Assembly: GCA_044222185.1 (NCBI GenBank)
Contig: JBGANV010000005.1
Location: 384,001 to 448,000, forward strand
Source of the DNA: Planctomycetota bacterium
GTDB taxonomy: Bacteria; Planctomycetota; GCA-002687715; CAIWVZ01
Reading direction: 5' to 3'
DNA length: 64,000 nt
This document shows positions 47,354-56,596 of the stretch, in pieces. Position 1 is the stretch's first letter. Each line of letters begins with the position of its first letter. Position numbers and translations under genes: made by a program. The notes under the pieces are model-generated. The model did no database searches. It worked only from the letters and a program-made list of their open reading frames with translations, and had not been told where the DNA came from.

Positions 47354-49000
47354 TCAGTTCGCCGTGTACGTGGTCAGAATGAGGCCAGAGCTTACCGCGA
47401 GACCGTTCGTGGCACCTGCATCGAGGACGAACCACTGACCGAATCCGGTCAGGTCCGAATACGACGCCTGGTTCGGGATGTTCACGAGGAACGAGGTGTG
47501 GCCCGCACCCGCAACGCCCGGACTTCCGGACAGAGTCAGCGGGACGAGAGTCTCGGGCGGCGAATCGATCCAAAGCGGCTTGCCGAGGATCGTCGCACCG
47601 GGCTGCGCGGGATTCGGAGTGAACGCGAAGTAGGCCGTGGCGCCGCCGACCGCGTTCGTCAGGCCGATCACGAAGTGGTCGTTCCCGACGTACGGCGGGT
47701 GCGGTGCGGCCCAGGTCGGGACGAAGCCGCCCGTACCTGACGAACCCGTGCCATAGGTCGCCGGGAAGTTGAACGTCAGTTCCGAGTTGAGCGTCGGGCG
47801 ATCGAACGGCGGCAGGGCGTTGGCAACGCGGGGATCGATCAACGCGTTCGTCACGAAGTCGAGCAGCTCAGCCTCCTGCGTGTGCGTCATGATCAAGGGC
47901 AGCAAGCGGACGTCCAGGTTCGGACCCGGGAAGTCACCGCCCACCTTGTAGAACGTCAGCACGTCCTGGAGCGTCGCCTTTCCTCCGTTGTGGAAGAACG
48001 GCGCGCGCAACCCGACGTTGCGAAGCGACGGAACGCGGAACTTGCCCTTGTCCGTGATCAGATTCGTCACCTCGTTGCGGCCCAGGTCCTCGATGTCGGG
48101 CCGAACGCCGATGTTGGCGAAGGAATGGTCCGTGAACAGCGGCGGGATGTGGCAGAGCGCACAGTTGGCGATGCCATTGAAGAGCAGGAGACCGTTCGTC
48201 TGCGCCGGCGTCAACGCGCTCGGGTTGCCTCCCGTGAAGAGGTCCCAGGGCGTCTGATCCGGAATCAGCGTGCGCTCGTAGGTCGCGATCGCCATGGCGA
48301 TGCGGGCGGCCGTGACGGCAGGGTCGCCGAATGCCGCCTGGAACAGCTGCGGGTAGGTCGGGTTCGCCGCGATGGCCGCGGCCATCGGGGCCGGAACGTT
48401 GGTGGCGAGATGCAATGGAACGAGTGTCGTCACCTTGGCAGCCAGCGCGGCGGGGCTGCGATTCTGGCAGGCCATCTCCACGTCCGAGACCGACGGACCC
48501 GCGGCCTGACTCTCCAATGCGCCGTCGTTCTGGATCACGACCTGCTGCGTGACGGGGTCATGGAACGTGCCGCCGGCGCGACCATCCCAGAAGAGCTCGG
48601 GGGACCATTGCGCCCCGATGAAGCTCGGCGACTTCCGCCGCGTCACCTGAGCGTTTGGGAAGAAGAAAGGCTCCGGCGTGAAATGTCCCAACGGATCGCA
48701 ACGAACGACGCCACGCGAACCGCGGATGTCGTCGGCCGTGTTGAAGACGCCATCGGGTCCGGGGCTGACGTTCTGCGGCGTTGCGGCGCGCGGATCTCCG
48801 CCGCCGACCTCGGCCATGTGGCATGAACCACACGCCGTGGTGTTGTCTGAGCTCAGCTGCTCGTCCCAGAACAGGATCTTGCCCAGCATCGCCTTTGCGG
48901 GCGTGATGGGGTTTTCGACGGGGACAGGAACGGGAGGCAGCTGCGCAACAGCGATGCGCGCCGCGGCGATGGCGACGAGAACGAAGAGTCGTGGAGACAT
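47354..49000 (-). CDS. Secreted di-heme cytochrome c peroxidase, MauG/BthA-like, with conserved C-terminal domain
   Basis: P.ENP.T.AK..LGK.LFWD..LS, CGSCH, FWDGRA, CALCH, F.VPSLRNV..RAPFFHNG. ATG 49000 follows GGAG; signal peptide AVA/Q. Confidence 0.9.
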   Translation of the reverse strand: MSPRLFVLVAIAAARIAVAQLPPVPVPVENPITPAKAMLGKILFWDEQLSSDNTTACGSCHMAEVGGGDPRAATPQNVSPGPDGVFNTADDIRGSRGVVRCDPLGHFTPEPFFFPNAQVTRRKSPSFIGAQWSPELFWDGRAGGTFHDPVTQQVVIQNDGALESQAAGPSVSDVEMACQNRSPAALAAKVTTLVPLHLATNVPAPMAAAIAANPTYPQLFQAAFGDPAVTAARIAMAIATYERTLIPDQTPWDLFTGGNPSALTPAQTNGLLLFNGIANCALCHIPPLFTDHSFANIGVRPDIEDLGRNEVTNLITDKGKFRVPSLRNVGLRAPFFHNGGKATLQDVLTFYKVGGDFPGPNLDVRLLPLIMTHTQEAELLDFVTNALIDPRVANALPPFDRPTLNSELTFNFPATYGTGSSGTGGFVPTWAAPHPPYVGNDHFVIGLTNAVGGATAYFAFTPNPAQPGATILGKPLWIDSPPETLVPLTLSGSPGVAGAGHTSFLVNIPNQASYSDLTGFGQWFVLDAGATNGLAVSSGLILTTYTAN

Positions 49001-49600
49001 GGAACTACAACTCCGTGAAGGGGGCTCGACTTTGGGAACTGTACTCCAACGACTCGGGAAAGAGACCATCCGAGCGGTCCATTTCCCGTCCGCGGAGCAC
49101 CGGCAATCCTCCCTCGGCGTTCAGGAATGGTCCCGAGGAAACGACCTGTCGGGCGGTCCAATGCGGACGCCTCGATGACGAGTTCATGGACCGCCGGCGG
49201 CGTACGGATGCCGGCCGCTCCGCCGATTCTGAACCCATAGAAAAGGCGCGGTCGCAATCACGCCGAGGAGCCCGGCCCGGCCCCCATCGGAGCGTCGACC
49301 CCTCGGCCTCTCGGCGTCCTTCCGGGACGGCGTGCCCGCTCGTCCCGCCTGGGGTCGCGGCACCGCTCGGAACGAATCCGCGCAGGCGATCCCACGCAGC
49401 AGTTTTGAACGTTCTCCCGGCGCGACGATCCGAGACCGCGCCCAGCCCAACAGCCTTTGCCACGCCACGTTGGGGACGGCGTCGGTCCGTCTCGTGGCTG
49501 TCCCGTTCGGGGTGCTCTCGAAGGAACCCGGTCCTGAAATTCTCCCGAGGGTGCCTCTATGAATTGAGCGACGACGCTGCCGGTGACTCGCAGGGGAATT

Positions 49601-49617
49601 CATACCACGGTGGTATG
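49601..49617. promoter_or_regulatory. Perfect palindrome CATACCAC-G-GTGGTATG, candidate operator
   Basis: 8-bp perfect inverted repeat with a 1-bp spacer in a relatively AT-rich intergenic patch. Confidence 0.45.
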
Positions 49618-49626
49618 GATGAGTTA

Positions 49627-49647
49627 CCGACGGCGTCGGCCTTTTTT
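49627..49647 (+). terminator. Weak intrinsic terminator-like hairpin
   Basis: CCGAC-GGC-GTCGG followed by CCTTTTTT, abutting the addA stop codon. The stem is short. Confidence 0.35.
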
Positions 49648-52600
49648 ACCGACGCTCGTTTGCGCCGCCTCGCCGTTCCTCCGCGCCCTCGCAGGCGCCT
49701 GAACTGCGGTGAGAGCAGGTCGCACAAAGCTGAGCGTCACTCGTCCGCACGAAGCCGGAAACGTCGGTCCCGCTCAGCTCGTCGAGCGTTCGCTCGACCT
49801 CTGCGGGCCCAAGGTCAGCCTGCACGCCCCCGTGGCACGTCACGGCGAGCGGGATCCCCGAACCTGTGAAGAACAACCATGCCTCGACGGGCTCCGCTGA
49901 CGCCGCGCCGACGGCTGCGGCGTACACGGATAGTTGATCCACGTACCCGTCAGCGCGGGCCAGACTCCGCGCCTTCGCCTCCGTCGCCGGCGACTCCGTC
50001 TTGTAGTCGATGACGTAGACACGACCGGGCTCGCGAAACACGAGGTCCATCACGCCGTGCACGCGGGTCGTGCCTCTTCCGAAGATGAACGGGACTTCCG
50101 TCTCCACTCCCCTTGGTGCCGCCGCGAGGATGCGCGCCCCGAGCGGCCATCGACGGAACCCTTCGAGTGCCAGGCGCACGTGCTCGGAGAGCTCGTCGAT
50201 CGCCTCGGCTCCGACGACGCCGAAACGCGCCGCGGCGGCCGGGACGAGACTCGACGGATCCGCGCCCGTCGCCAGCCCCTCGAACGCCGCATGAACGACG
50301 AGGCCGCGCGTGCGGCCGTCGACGCGGCGGCGAGCGCCATCGGATTCGGCTGCGTGCGCCGGCTCCGGCCTCCGGTCCTCAGCCAGCCCCGCCACCGTGT
50401 CGAGGTAGAAGCGACGCGCGCACCGACGAAGGTCAGAGAATGACGTCGCGGGAACCGCGACGGCCTCGGATCGCCGAGCCCGGTGCGCGTCCACCGCTCG
50501 CGGCGACGCGGCCTCGGAGATCGGATCGATGATGGGCGACGGCGACGAGCGGGGCGGCATCGGTGCGAGAGGCGGATCCGGCAGCACCTCGCAATGGGCT
50601 CGCGGCTCGGCGCTCGCCGCCACGGCTGCAATCACGGCATCGTCCGCCGCATCTCGCACCCAGCGCAGCCAGCTGTCCGCGTGGATGTCGCGGGCATTGC
50701 CCACGGCGGACCCGCTGACGACGAGGTGGTCCCGCGCGCGCGTCAGCGCAACGTAGAGAAGCCGCTTGGATTCGGCCAGCTTCTCCTCGCGGGCACGCGC
50801 CCGCACGACGCTCGTCAACGTCCCGGGCTCATCGGTCGCTTCGAGTTCGGGAAGGGCGAGGAGCGGCGCTTCGCCGGGGCGATCGCGATGCATGCGAATG
50901 GGACGCTGAGCATCCGACGGCCGATTGACGAGCCCGCCTCCACAGTCCGGCACGAAGACGATGGGCCACTCGCGGCCCTTTGCGGCGTGGACGGTGAGGA
51001 TCGACACGGCGTTTCGGCCCTCGGCCGGCGGGTCCGCCTGGGGTTCGCTGTCGTTGTCACCGGCTCGCTCCAGGGCCCGTGCGACGGCCACGAGCGATGC
51101 CTCACCGGCTCGCTGGAGGTCGCCCACGATCCTGAGGACGCGCGCGACGTTCGAGGCCGACCTGCCGGACGGGTCGGCCGCCTCGAGTATGAACGGGAGG
51201 TCCGACTCGCGAACGACGAGCGAAAGAAGCTCATGCGGTGCGACGCGGCCGGCGAGCGAGCGCCAGCGCCGAAGCCTGGCGACCCCATCACGCAGCGACG
51301 CGGAATCCGACGCCGTCGGCAGCGCGGTGCGTCCCTGCACGACCGCGTCACAAAGCCGCGTCACGCGCCCCCAGAGCGTCCGGACCTCCGGCGCGCCGGC
51401 CTCATCGACCGCGGCCGCGAGAAGGACGGAATCCGGCAGCCCGATCAAGGGCGATCGCAGGACGCCGAGCAGCGAGACGTCGTCCCGATCGTCGACGAAG
51501 AAGCGCACGAGGTTCGTGATCACCCGAACCTCGTGGCGCGCATAAAGTCCGACGCCGGAAAGGACCTGGAAGGGCACCCCGGCATCCGTGAGCGCCCGTT
51601 CGAGTTCCTCGAGAACGGTGCGCCCGCGCAGGAGGATCGCCTGATCGGAGAACCTCGCCGGCCCGACTCCGACGTCACCGCACTCCCCCTCTCTCCGGTG
51701 CACGAGCGTCGCCTCGCGCACGAACCGACCGGCCCGCGCAGCGACCCACGCGAGCTCGCGATCGCGCGGCCGCGGCGAGTCCTCTCCGGGAAGGAACGTG
51801 GCGATCTCGATGCGCGTGGGGACGAGCGTCTCGACGGCGCGTTTCGGCACCGCCTCCTGGAAGCGCGCTTCGAAGATCTCCGCCGGCTCGTCTTCGAAGA
51901 GGCGGCGCGCAACGCGGTTCGCGAACGTCACGATCCCGTGGGTCGAGCGGTAGTTGTCCCGAAGCTCGAGAATTCCGGTCACCGGAACGTTCGCCGCGAC
52001 CGCCGCGTGCGGCGGCAGTATGGGTCGGACGCCCGCGAACGGGCCCCGATCCAGGGCCGCGATCTCCCGACCCACCCGCCGGAACGTGGCCACGTCGCCG
52101 TCGCGGAACGAGAAGATCGACTGTTTCTCGTCGCCCACGACGCACAGCCCGGGCCGCTCGAGGCGGTCCCCCCCGAACAAGCCGCGGAGGATCTCCCACT
52201 GGAGCGGATCCGTGTCCTGGAACTCGTCCACGAGGACGTGACGGAAACGCGGAACGCCGCCCGCACCGCCGCGATGCACCACGGCGCGCAGATCCTCGAG
52301 CAGGCGGTGGAAGTCGGACGTGCCGGAGACCGCGAGATCGGATCGATACGCCTCGAGCACACGAACGAGGAGGTGCGCGACGGCTCGCAGGCCGCGCTCG
52401 ACCTCGCCGGGGATCTTCACCGATGACGGCGCAGTTCCCCCGTCGTCGCTTCCGGCGGCCACGCCGGTTTTCCTCGCTCGTCGCTTTCGCGGCGACGTCT
52501 CGACGGCGCGAGTCGCGAGGAACTCGGTCGCGATCACCTCCTGCTGCCTGACGCCTCGCTCCGGATCGAGCACGGCCTGGGCCCACGCCTCGGAGCGTTC

Positions 52601-53137
52601 CCGACACCGGACCAGATCGGCGAGGCGATCGATGAGCGATTGGCGGGAGAACCCCGACAGGAGCGCGGCGACGTGTTCTCGGTCGGGATCGGAGCGGTCA
52701 TCGGCGACGGCGTCGATCGTGCGCGAGACCACTTCGTCGAGTCTCGCGGCCTCGCCGACTCCGGAGACGATCGTCCGCGCGGCCGCCATGCCGCCGGCCG
52801 GGCCGACGTTGGCGAGCAGGCGGGCAGCGAATCCGTGAATCGTCGAGATCCACGCCTCGGGCAAGTGATCCCGGACGTCCCGCCAGAGTCGACGCGTGGC
52901 GGCGTCGCCGTCGCGGGCTCGCGCCGCAACCTCGGCGCGAATCCGCCCGCTGATCTCGGCCGCCGCCTTGGTGGTGAACGTGACGGCCGCCACCGAGCCC
53001 ACGTCGAACGCAGATTGCTCGAGCGCCCACAACCAGCGCGCCACGAGAACGCGGGTCTTCCCCGACCCGGCGCTCGCGGACAGGAAGATCGGCCGCGCGA
53101 GGTCCAGCGCGGCCATTTGCTCGGCGCTCAGACTCAC
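49646..53137 (-). CDS. addA: UvrD-type helicase/nuclease, AddA-like
   Basis: ASAGSGKT, TFT.KAA.E, STIHGF, VDEFQDT, VGDEKQSIFSFR, NYRS, TVHAAKGREWP, LLYVALTRAR, GVMDLV/IDYKT. Confidence 0.9.
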   Translation of the reverse strand: MSLSAEQMAALDLARPIFLSASAGSGKTRVLVARWLWALEQSAFDVGSVAAVTFTTKAAAEISGRIRAEVAARARDGDAATRRLWRDVRDHLPEAWISTIHGFAARLLANVGPAGGMAAARTIVSGVGEAARLDEVVSRTIDAVADDRSDPDREHVAALLSGFSRQSLIDRLADLVRCRERSEAWAQAVLDPERGVRQQEVIATEFLATRAVETSPRKRRARKTGVAAGSDDGGTAPSSVKIPGEVERGLRAVAHLLVRVLEAYRSDLAVSGTSDFHRLLEDLRAVVHRGGAGGVPRFRHVLVDEFQDTDPLQWEILRGLFGGDRLERPGLCVVGDEKQSIFSFRDGDVATFRRVGREIAALDRGPFAGVRPILPPHAAVAANVPVTGILELRDNYRSTHGIVTFANRVARRLFEDEPAEIFEARFQEAVPKRAVETLVPTRIEIATFLPGEDSPRPRDRELAWVAARAGRFVREATLVHRREGECGDVGVGPARFSDQAILLRGRTVLEELERALTDAGVPFQVLSGVGLYARHEVRVITNLVRFFVDDRDDVSLLGVLRSPLIGLPDSVLLAAAVDEAGAPEVRTLWGRVTRLCDAVVQGRTALPTASDSASLRDGVARLRRWRSLAGRVAPHELLSLVVRESDLPFILEAADPSGRSASNVARVLRIVGDLQRAGEASLVAVARALERAGDNDSEPQADPPAEGRNAVSILTVHAAKGREWPIVFVPDCGGGLVNRPSDAQRPIRMHRDRPGEAPLLALPELEATDEPGTLTSVVRARAREEKLAESKRLLYVALTRARDHLVVSGSAVGNARDIHADSWLRWVRDAADDAVIAAVAASAEPRAHCEVLPDPPLAPMPPRSSPSPIIDPISEAASPRAVDAHRARRSEAVAVPATSFSDLRRCARRFYLDTVAGLAEDRRPEPAHAAESDGARRRVDGRTRGLVVHAAFEGLATGADPSSLVPAAAARFGVVGAEAIDELSEHVRLALEGFRRWPLGARILAAAPRGVETEVPFIFGRGTTRVHGVMDLVFREPGRVYVIDYKTESPATEAKARSLARADGYVDQLSVYAAAVGAASAEPVEAWLFFTGSGIPLAVTCHGGVQADLGPAEVERTLDELSGTDVSGFVRTSDAQLCATCSHRSSGACEGAEERRGGANERR

Positions 53138-56100
53138 GCGTCATCCTCCGGGTCGGCCTTCACGACGATCGCCCGCCGCTGCTCCACCCTGCGAGGTTCG
53201 CTCATGGCGTCGATCCGCTCGCCTTCGCCGTCGCCGCGGCAGCCGGCCCGGAACCGGCAGGGCTCGCAGGCCTTCGAGTCGCGCGTGGGGTGGAACCTCC
53301 CGTCCGCGATGCACGCCATGAACTCGGCGGCGCGCGTCGTGTAGGCCTGCACGACGTCGTCGAGCTGCCCGGGCGCCAGGGCCTTTCGTCCCTTCTTGCC
53401 GTTGATCGCGATCGTCGCTTCCGCCTCCGCGAGCGAGACGTCGAGCGCCACCGTCTCCCCTGGTCGGATCAGGTAGTAGCCGCCGCCCACGACGTGGACC
53501 GGCTTGCCGCCGCAGTGTGCGGGAAGCAACTCGGGAAGCACTTTCGCGTAAAGCGGAAGCTGGAACTTCTCGCCCTTCTTGATGCCCGAGTGCAGGTGCG
53601 ACACCTGGCTCGTCTTGTAGTCCACGATGAACGCCTCGCAGAGGCCGTCCCGCTCGCGGATGTCGACCCGGTCGACGGAACCCACGAGCCTCACGCGGTA
53701 TTCGCGCCCGCCGAACCGTCCCACGAACTCGGCCGGCTCGCCGTGGATCGCGATCGACGGCGCGGCTTCATCCGGAGCCCGGCCGAACCGTGCCTCGAAG
53801 AACCTGGGCTGGAAGGTGGAGTTTCGCCTGGCCTCCGCGTCCAGGTACTGGCGGAAGAGCCCGGGGGCCTGATCGTCGGTCAGTCCAGCCCGAAGTCGGC
53901 GGGCGAGCGCCTCGGCAAAGAGATCGTCGCGGCCGCGGCGAGCCACTTCGTCCCCGATGATCCGGTCGAGTCGCGCCGCGCGCGCGGCCTCGGTCTCCGA
54001 CACCGCCGCCTCCGCATGGAATCGGAACAGGACGTTGTGGACGAGGCTGCCACGTTCGGATGGAGTGGGTTCCCGATCGACCTCTTCGTCCGGCGTGATC
54101 CCGAGGATCCGGCGAAAGAAGTACATCATCGGGCACGCGGCGTAGTCGTCGAAGCGCGAGACGGACATCACCGCCGTCGCGGGGTCGAATCGACGCGCGA
54201 GCGCCGGCAGCGCGGCCGGTTCGAGGAGTCCTTCGAAACGGCCGAGCCGCGCCGGGTCGGACCGCTCGAGTTCGATTCGCGCCCTGCGCCACGCGCTGGG
54301 ACCGTCCCCGCCCACGCCCACCCACGCGGCGACTCGCTCCGCCAGATTCGGGTCCGCGGAGGCGCGCCCGCTCCGGGTCGCGGCCGCGAGAGCGCGGCCC
54401 GCGGCGCGCGCGGCCAGCGTCCGCCCCCGGGTTCCGGGGTGGGCGAGGAGCTCCGCAGCCGGATGCTCGGGCACCCGCGTGCGGAGCAACTCCACGATCG
54501 TCGCCGCCGGGACTTCGCATCCGCCGACGAGCTCGGGCCGCACCAACGTCACCGAGCGCCGGCCCGACGCCAGGGCGTGCACGAGGAGGTGATCGACCTC
54601 GCGGCGGCGCAACGTGGCCGTGTGGAGCCCCGCGCGCGTGGCGTCGGCCTCCGAGATCAGAGGAGTGGGCGGTGTGGCCCCCGGAATCCGATCCGCGGTC
54701 AGACCCGCGACGATCACGTGGTCGGCGGAGGTTCCCCGGATCTCGCGCAGCCCCAGGAGCCGGACGCCGCGTGCAGGACGGGGCGACTCGGGAATCGTCG
54801 TGGCGCGCACCAGCTCACGGATGCCCGCGACGTGCTCGTCGAATCGCCGGTCATCGTCACCGAGGATTCCACCGGCCCGGCGCCAGGTCTCGACGACACC
54901 CTCCAGTGCCCGACGCGCGTGCGCGGTGACCGCCGTCGCACGGAGCACCAGCGGATCGACGCCGATCGGCGAGTCGTGACGCACCGCGCCGGGATCGATC
55001 ACGCGAAGCAGCGCCAGCGCCAGATCGGCGAAAGCCCTCGTTCCCATGGCGTGCGAAGGGACGGGGATCGCCGAGAACAGCGCCGTCATGCCGCGCGCGA
55101 CGGCTTCCGCGTCGGCGAGGCTGCGATCGACGGACTCGGCGTCGTCCGGATCCCGAGTGGCGCGGTCACGCGTCAGGCTCTGCACGTGCGCCGCGAGCTT
55201 CGCGTTCCATTCGGCTCGGCCGCCGACGACACCGGCAGCCCGAGAGACCCGGTCGACCTGCGACGCGCGCAGGCGGAACTCGCCGAGACGGCACTCGGAG
55301 CTCGGGAGGCTGCGCAGGAGGGTCACGACGCGTGCCCGGGGGAAATCACGGGCGGCCAGGTCGAGGAGTTCGAGCAGCGCCTGCGCGGGCGCGGTCTCGG
55401 CGAGCGGCACCTGCGCGGCGACGATCAGCGGCACACCGACCTCGGCGAATGCCTCTCGCAGGAGCGCCGCGGCGTCGCGATCGGAGGGATACACGACGAC
55501 GACGTCCGCGTGTGGATCGCCGACGACGAAGGCGGCCGCTCGCTCGGCACAGAACGCCGCCTCCTCCTCGTCATCGGTGGCACGGACAAGCCGCAGGCGA
55601 TCGGCGATGCCGGGCTCCAGCGTCGCGAGCGGGTCCTCGGGGTCAAGAACCCCGCACGGGATCGCCCCGACGAACTCGGCTCCGATGACCTCCCTGAGCC
55701 AACGCAGGTCGCCGAGAAGCGCGGCGCCATCGCTCGCGCGATCGGCGAACACGCCGTATCCGAAGGCCGACCGCGCGCCCTCCTCGGGGAGATCGAGCAG
55801 CCAGTCGACGCGGTCGAACGCGGTCACCAACCGCGCGAAGACGGCGCGCTCCACGGGATTGCACTGGTAATAGCCCTCGATCACGAGGTGCTTGCGCGCC
55901 CGAAACGCCCGATCGAACGCCAACTCGTCCGTGCCCAGATCTCGCGCGACCTCCAGGTAGAGGCCGTCGTCGTCGTAGAGGTCACGCTCGACGAGGCGCG
56001 CCTGGTAGAGACCGAACAGTCGAACCGCCTCGGCGGTCCCCGGACTCGAAGGGTCGAGCGACGGAAACACCGAATAGACGCGATCGAGGCTGAAGACGTC

Positions 56101-56466
56101 CGACTGCTTGAGCGCGCTGAAAAACGCGGCGAGCCAGAGGTCCAGCCCGGCAACGCCCCTGAGCGGAGGTCCCGCCTGGCGCCTGGCCAGGTCTCCGATG
56201 AGGACCATCCGCTCGTCCGGCCCGAGCTTCCGGCGAGCATGGCGGCGCCGGGCCGCGCAGCGACGCACGAGATCGGGCAGCGTGATGACGGGCTCATCCA
56301 GGGCGACCCCGCGAGCTTCGAGGATCATCGTCTCGAGTTCGGCGACGCGCGTCTGGGTCCGCACCACGTGTCGGTAGCCGTCCAACGAACCTGCGGCGAG
56401 GGCTTCCGCAAGCAACGTACGGGCTCGCCCGTCCGCCGGTCGTCCGAAATGCGCGCGCACGTTCAT
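53134..56466 (-). CDS. addB: AddB-like PD-(D/E)XK nuclease subunit with Fe-S staple
   Basis: SVSRFDDYAACPMMYF, GSLVH, GSVDRVD, IVDYKT, QLPLY, CEPCRFRAGC. Its stop overlaps the addA start (GTGA). Confidence 0.85.
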   Translation of the reverse strand: MNVRAHFGRPADGRARTLLAEALAAGSLDGYRHVVRTQTRVAELETMILEARGVALDEPVITLPDLVRRCAARRRHARRKLGPDERMVLIGDLARRQAGPPLRGVAGLDLWLAAFFSALKQSDVFSLDRVYSVFPSLDPSSPGTAEAVRLFGLYQARLVERDLYDDDGLYLEVARDLGTDELAFDRAFRARKHLVIEGYYQCNPVERAVFARLVTAFDRVDWLLDLPEEGARSAFGYGVFADRASDGAALLGDLRWLREVIGAEFVGAIPCGVLDPEDPLATLEPGIADRLRLVRATDDEEEAAFCAERAAAFVVGDPHADVVVVYPSDRDAAALLREAFAEVGVPLIVAAQVPLAETAPAQALLELLDLAARDFPRARVVTLLRSLPSSECRLGEFRLRASQVDRVSRAAGVVGGRAEWNAKLAAHVQSLTRDRATRDPDDAESVDRSLADAEAVARGMTALFSAIPVPSHAMGTRAFADLALALLRVIDPGAVRHDSPIGVDPLVLRATAVTAHARRALEGVVETWRRAGGILGDDDRRFDEHVAGIRELVRATTIPESPRPARGVRLLGLREIRGTSADHVIVAGLTADRIPGATPPTPLISEADATRAGLHTATLRRREVDHLLVHALASGRRSVTLVRPELVGGCEVPAATIVELLRTRVPEHPAAELLAHPGTRGRTLAARAAGRALAAATRSGRASADPNLAERVAAWVGVGGDGPSAWRRARIELERSDPARLGRFEGLLEPAALPALARRFDPATAVMSVSRFDDYAACPMMYFFRRILGITPDEEVDREPTPSERGSLVHNVLFRFHAEAAVSETEAARAARLDRIIGDEVARRGRDDLFAEALARRLRAGLTDDQAPGLFRQYLDAEARRNSTFQPRFFEARFGRAPDEAAPSIAIHGEPAEFVGRFGGREYRVRLVGSVDRVDIRERDGLCEAFIVDYKTSQVSHLHSGIKKGEKFQLPLYAKVLPELLPAHCGGKPVHVVGGGYYLIRPGETVALDVSLAEAEATIAINGKKGRKALAPGQLDDVVQAYTTRAAEFMACIADGRFHPTRDSKACEPCRFRAGCRGDGEGERIDAMSEPRRVEQRRAIVVKADPEDDA

Positions 56467-56596
56467 CGCGGGGGATGGTAGCGGCCAGTAGGGACATCAC
56501 CCGCGGTGTCGTCCCGCGCGTCGACGCGCCTTCGCGCGAGAAGTCCCGCGCATCCCCGGTATGATCCCGGCTCGGCGACACCCGGAGATCGCTCGA

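Noticed and set aside
49152-49224. Possible tRNA remnant ending ...GCTCCGCC
   Set aside because: It lacks the TTCRA loop and cannot be folded into a cloverleaf.
49184-49603. 139-aa minus-strand ORF in the intergenic gap
   Set aside because: It has no RBS, a shadow-like Arg-rich composition and no recognisable motif.
53134-54170. Cas4 nuclease
   Set aside because: The Fe-S PD-(D/E)XK domain is the C-terminus of an 1110-aa AddB coupled to addA.
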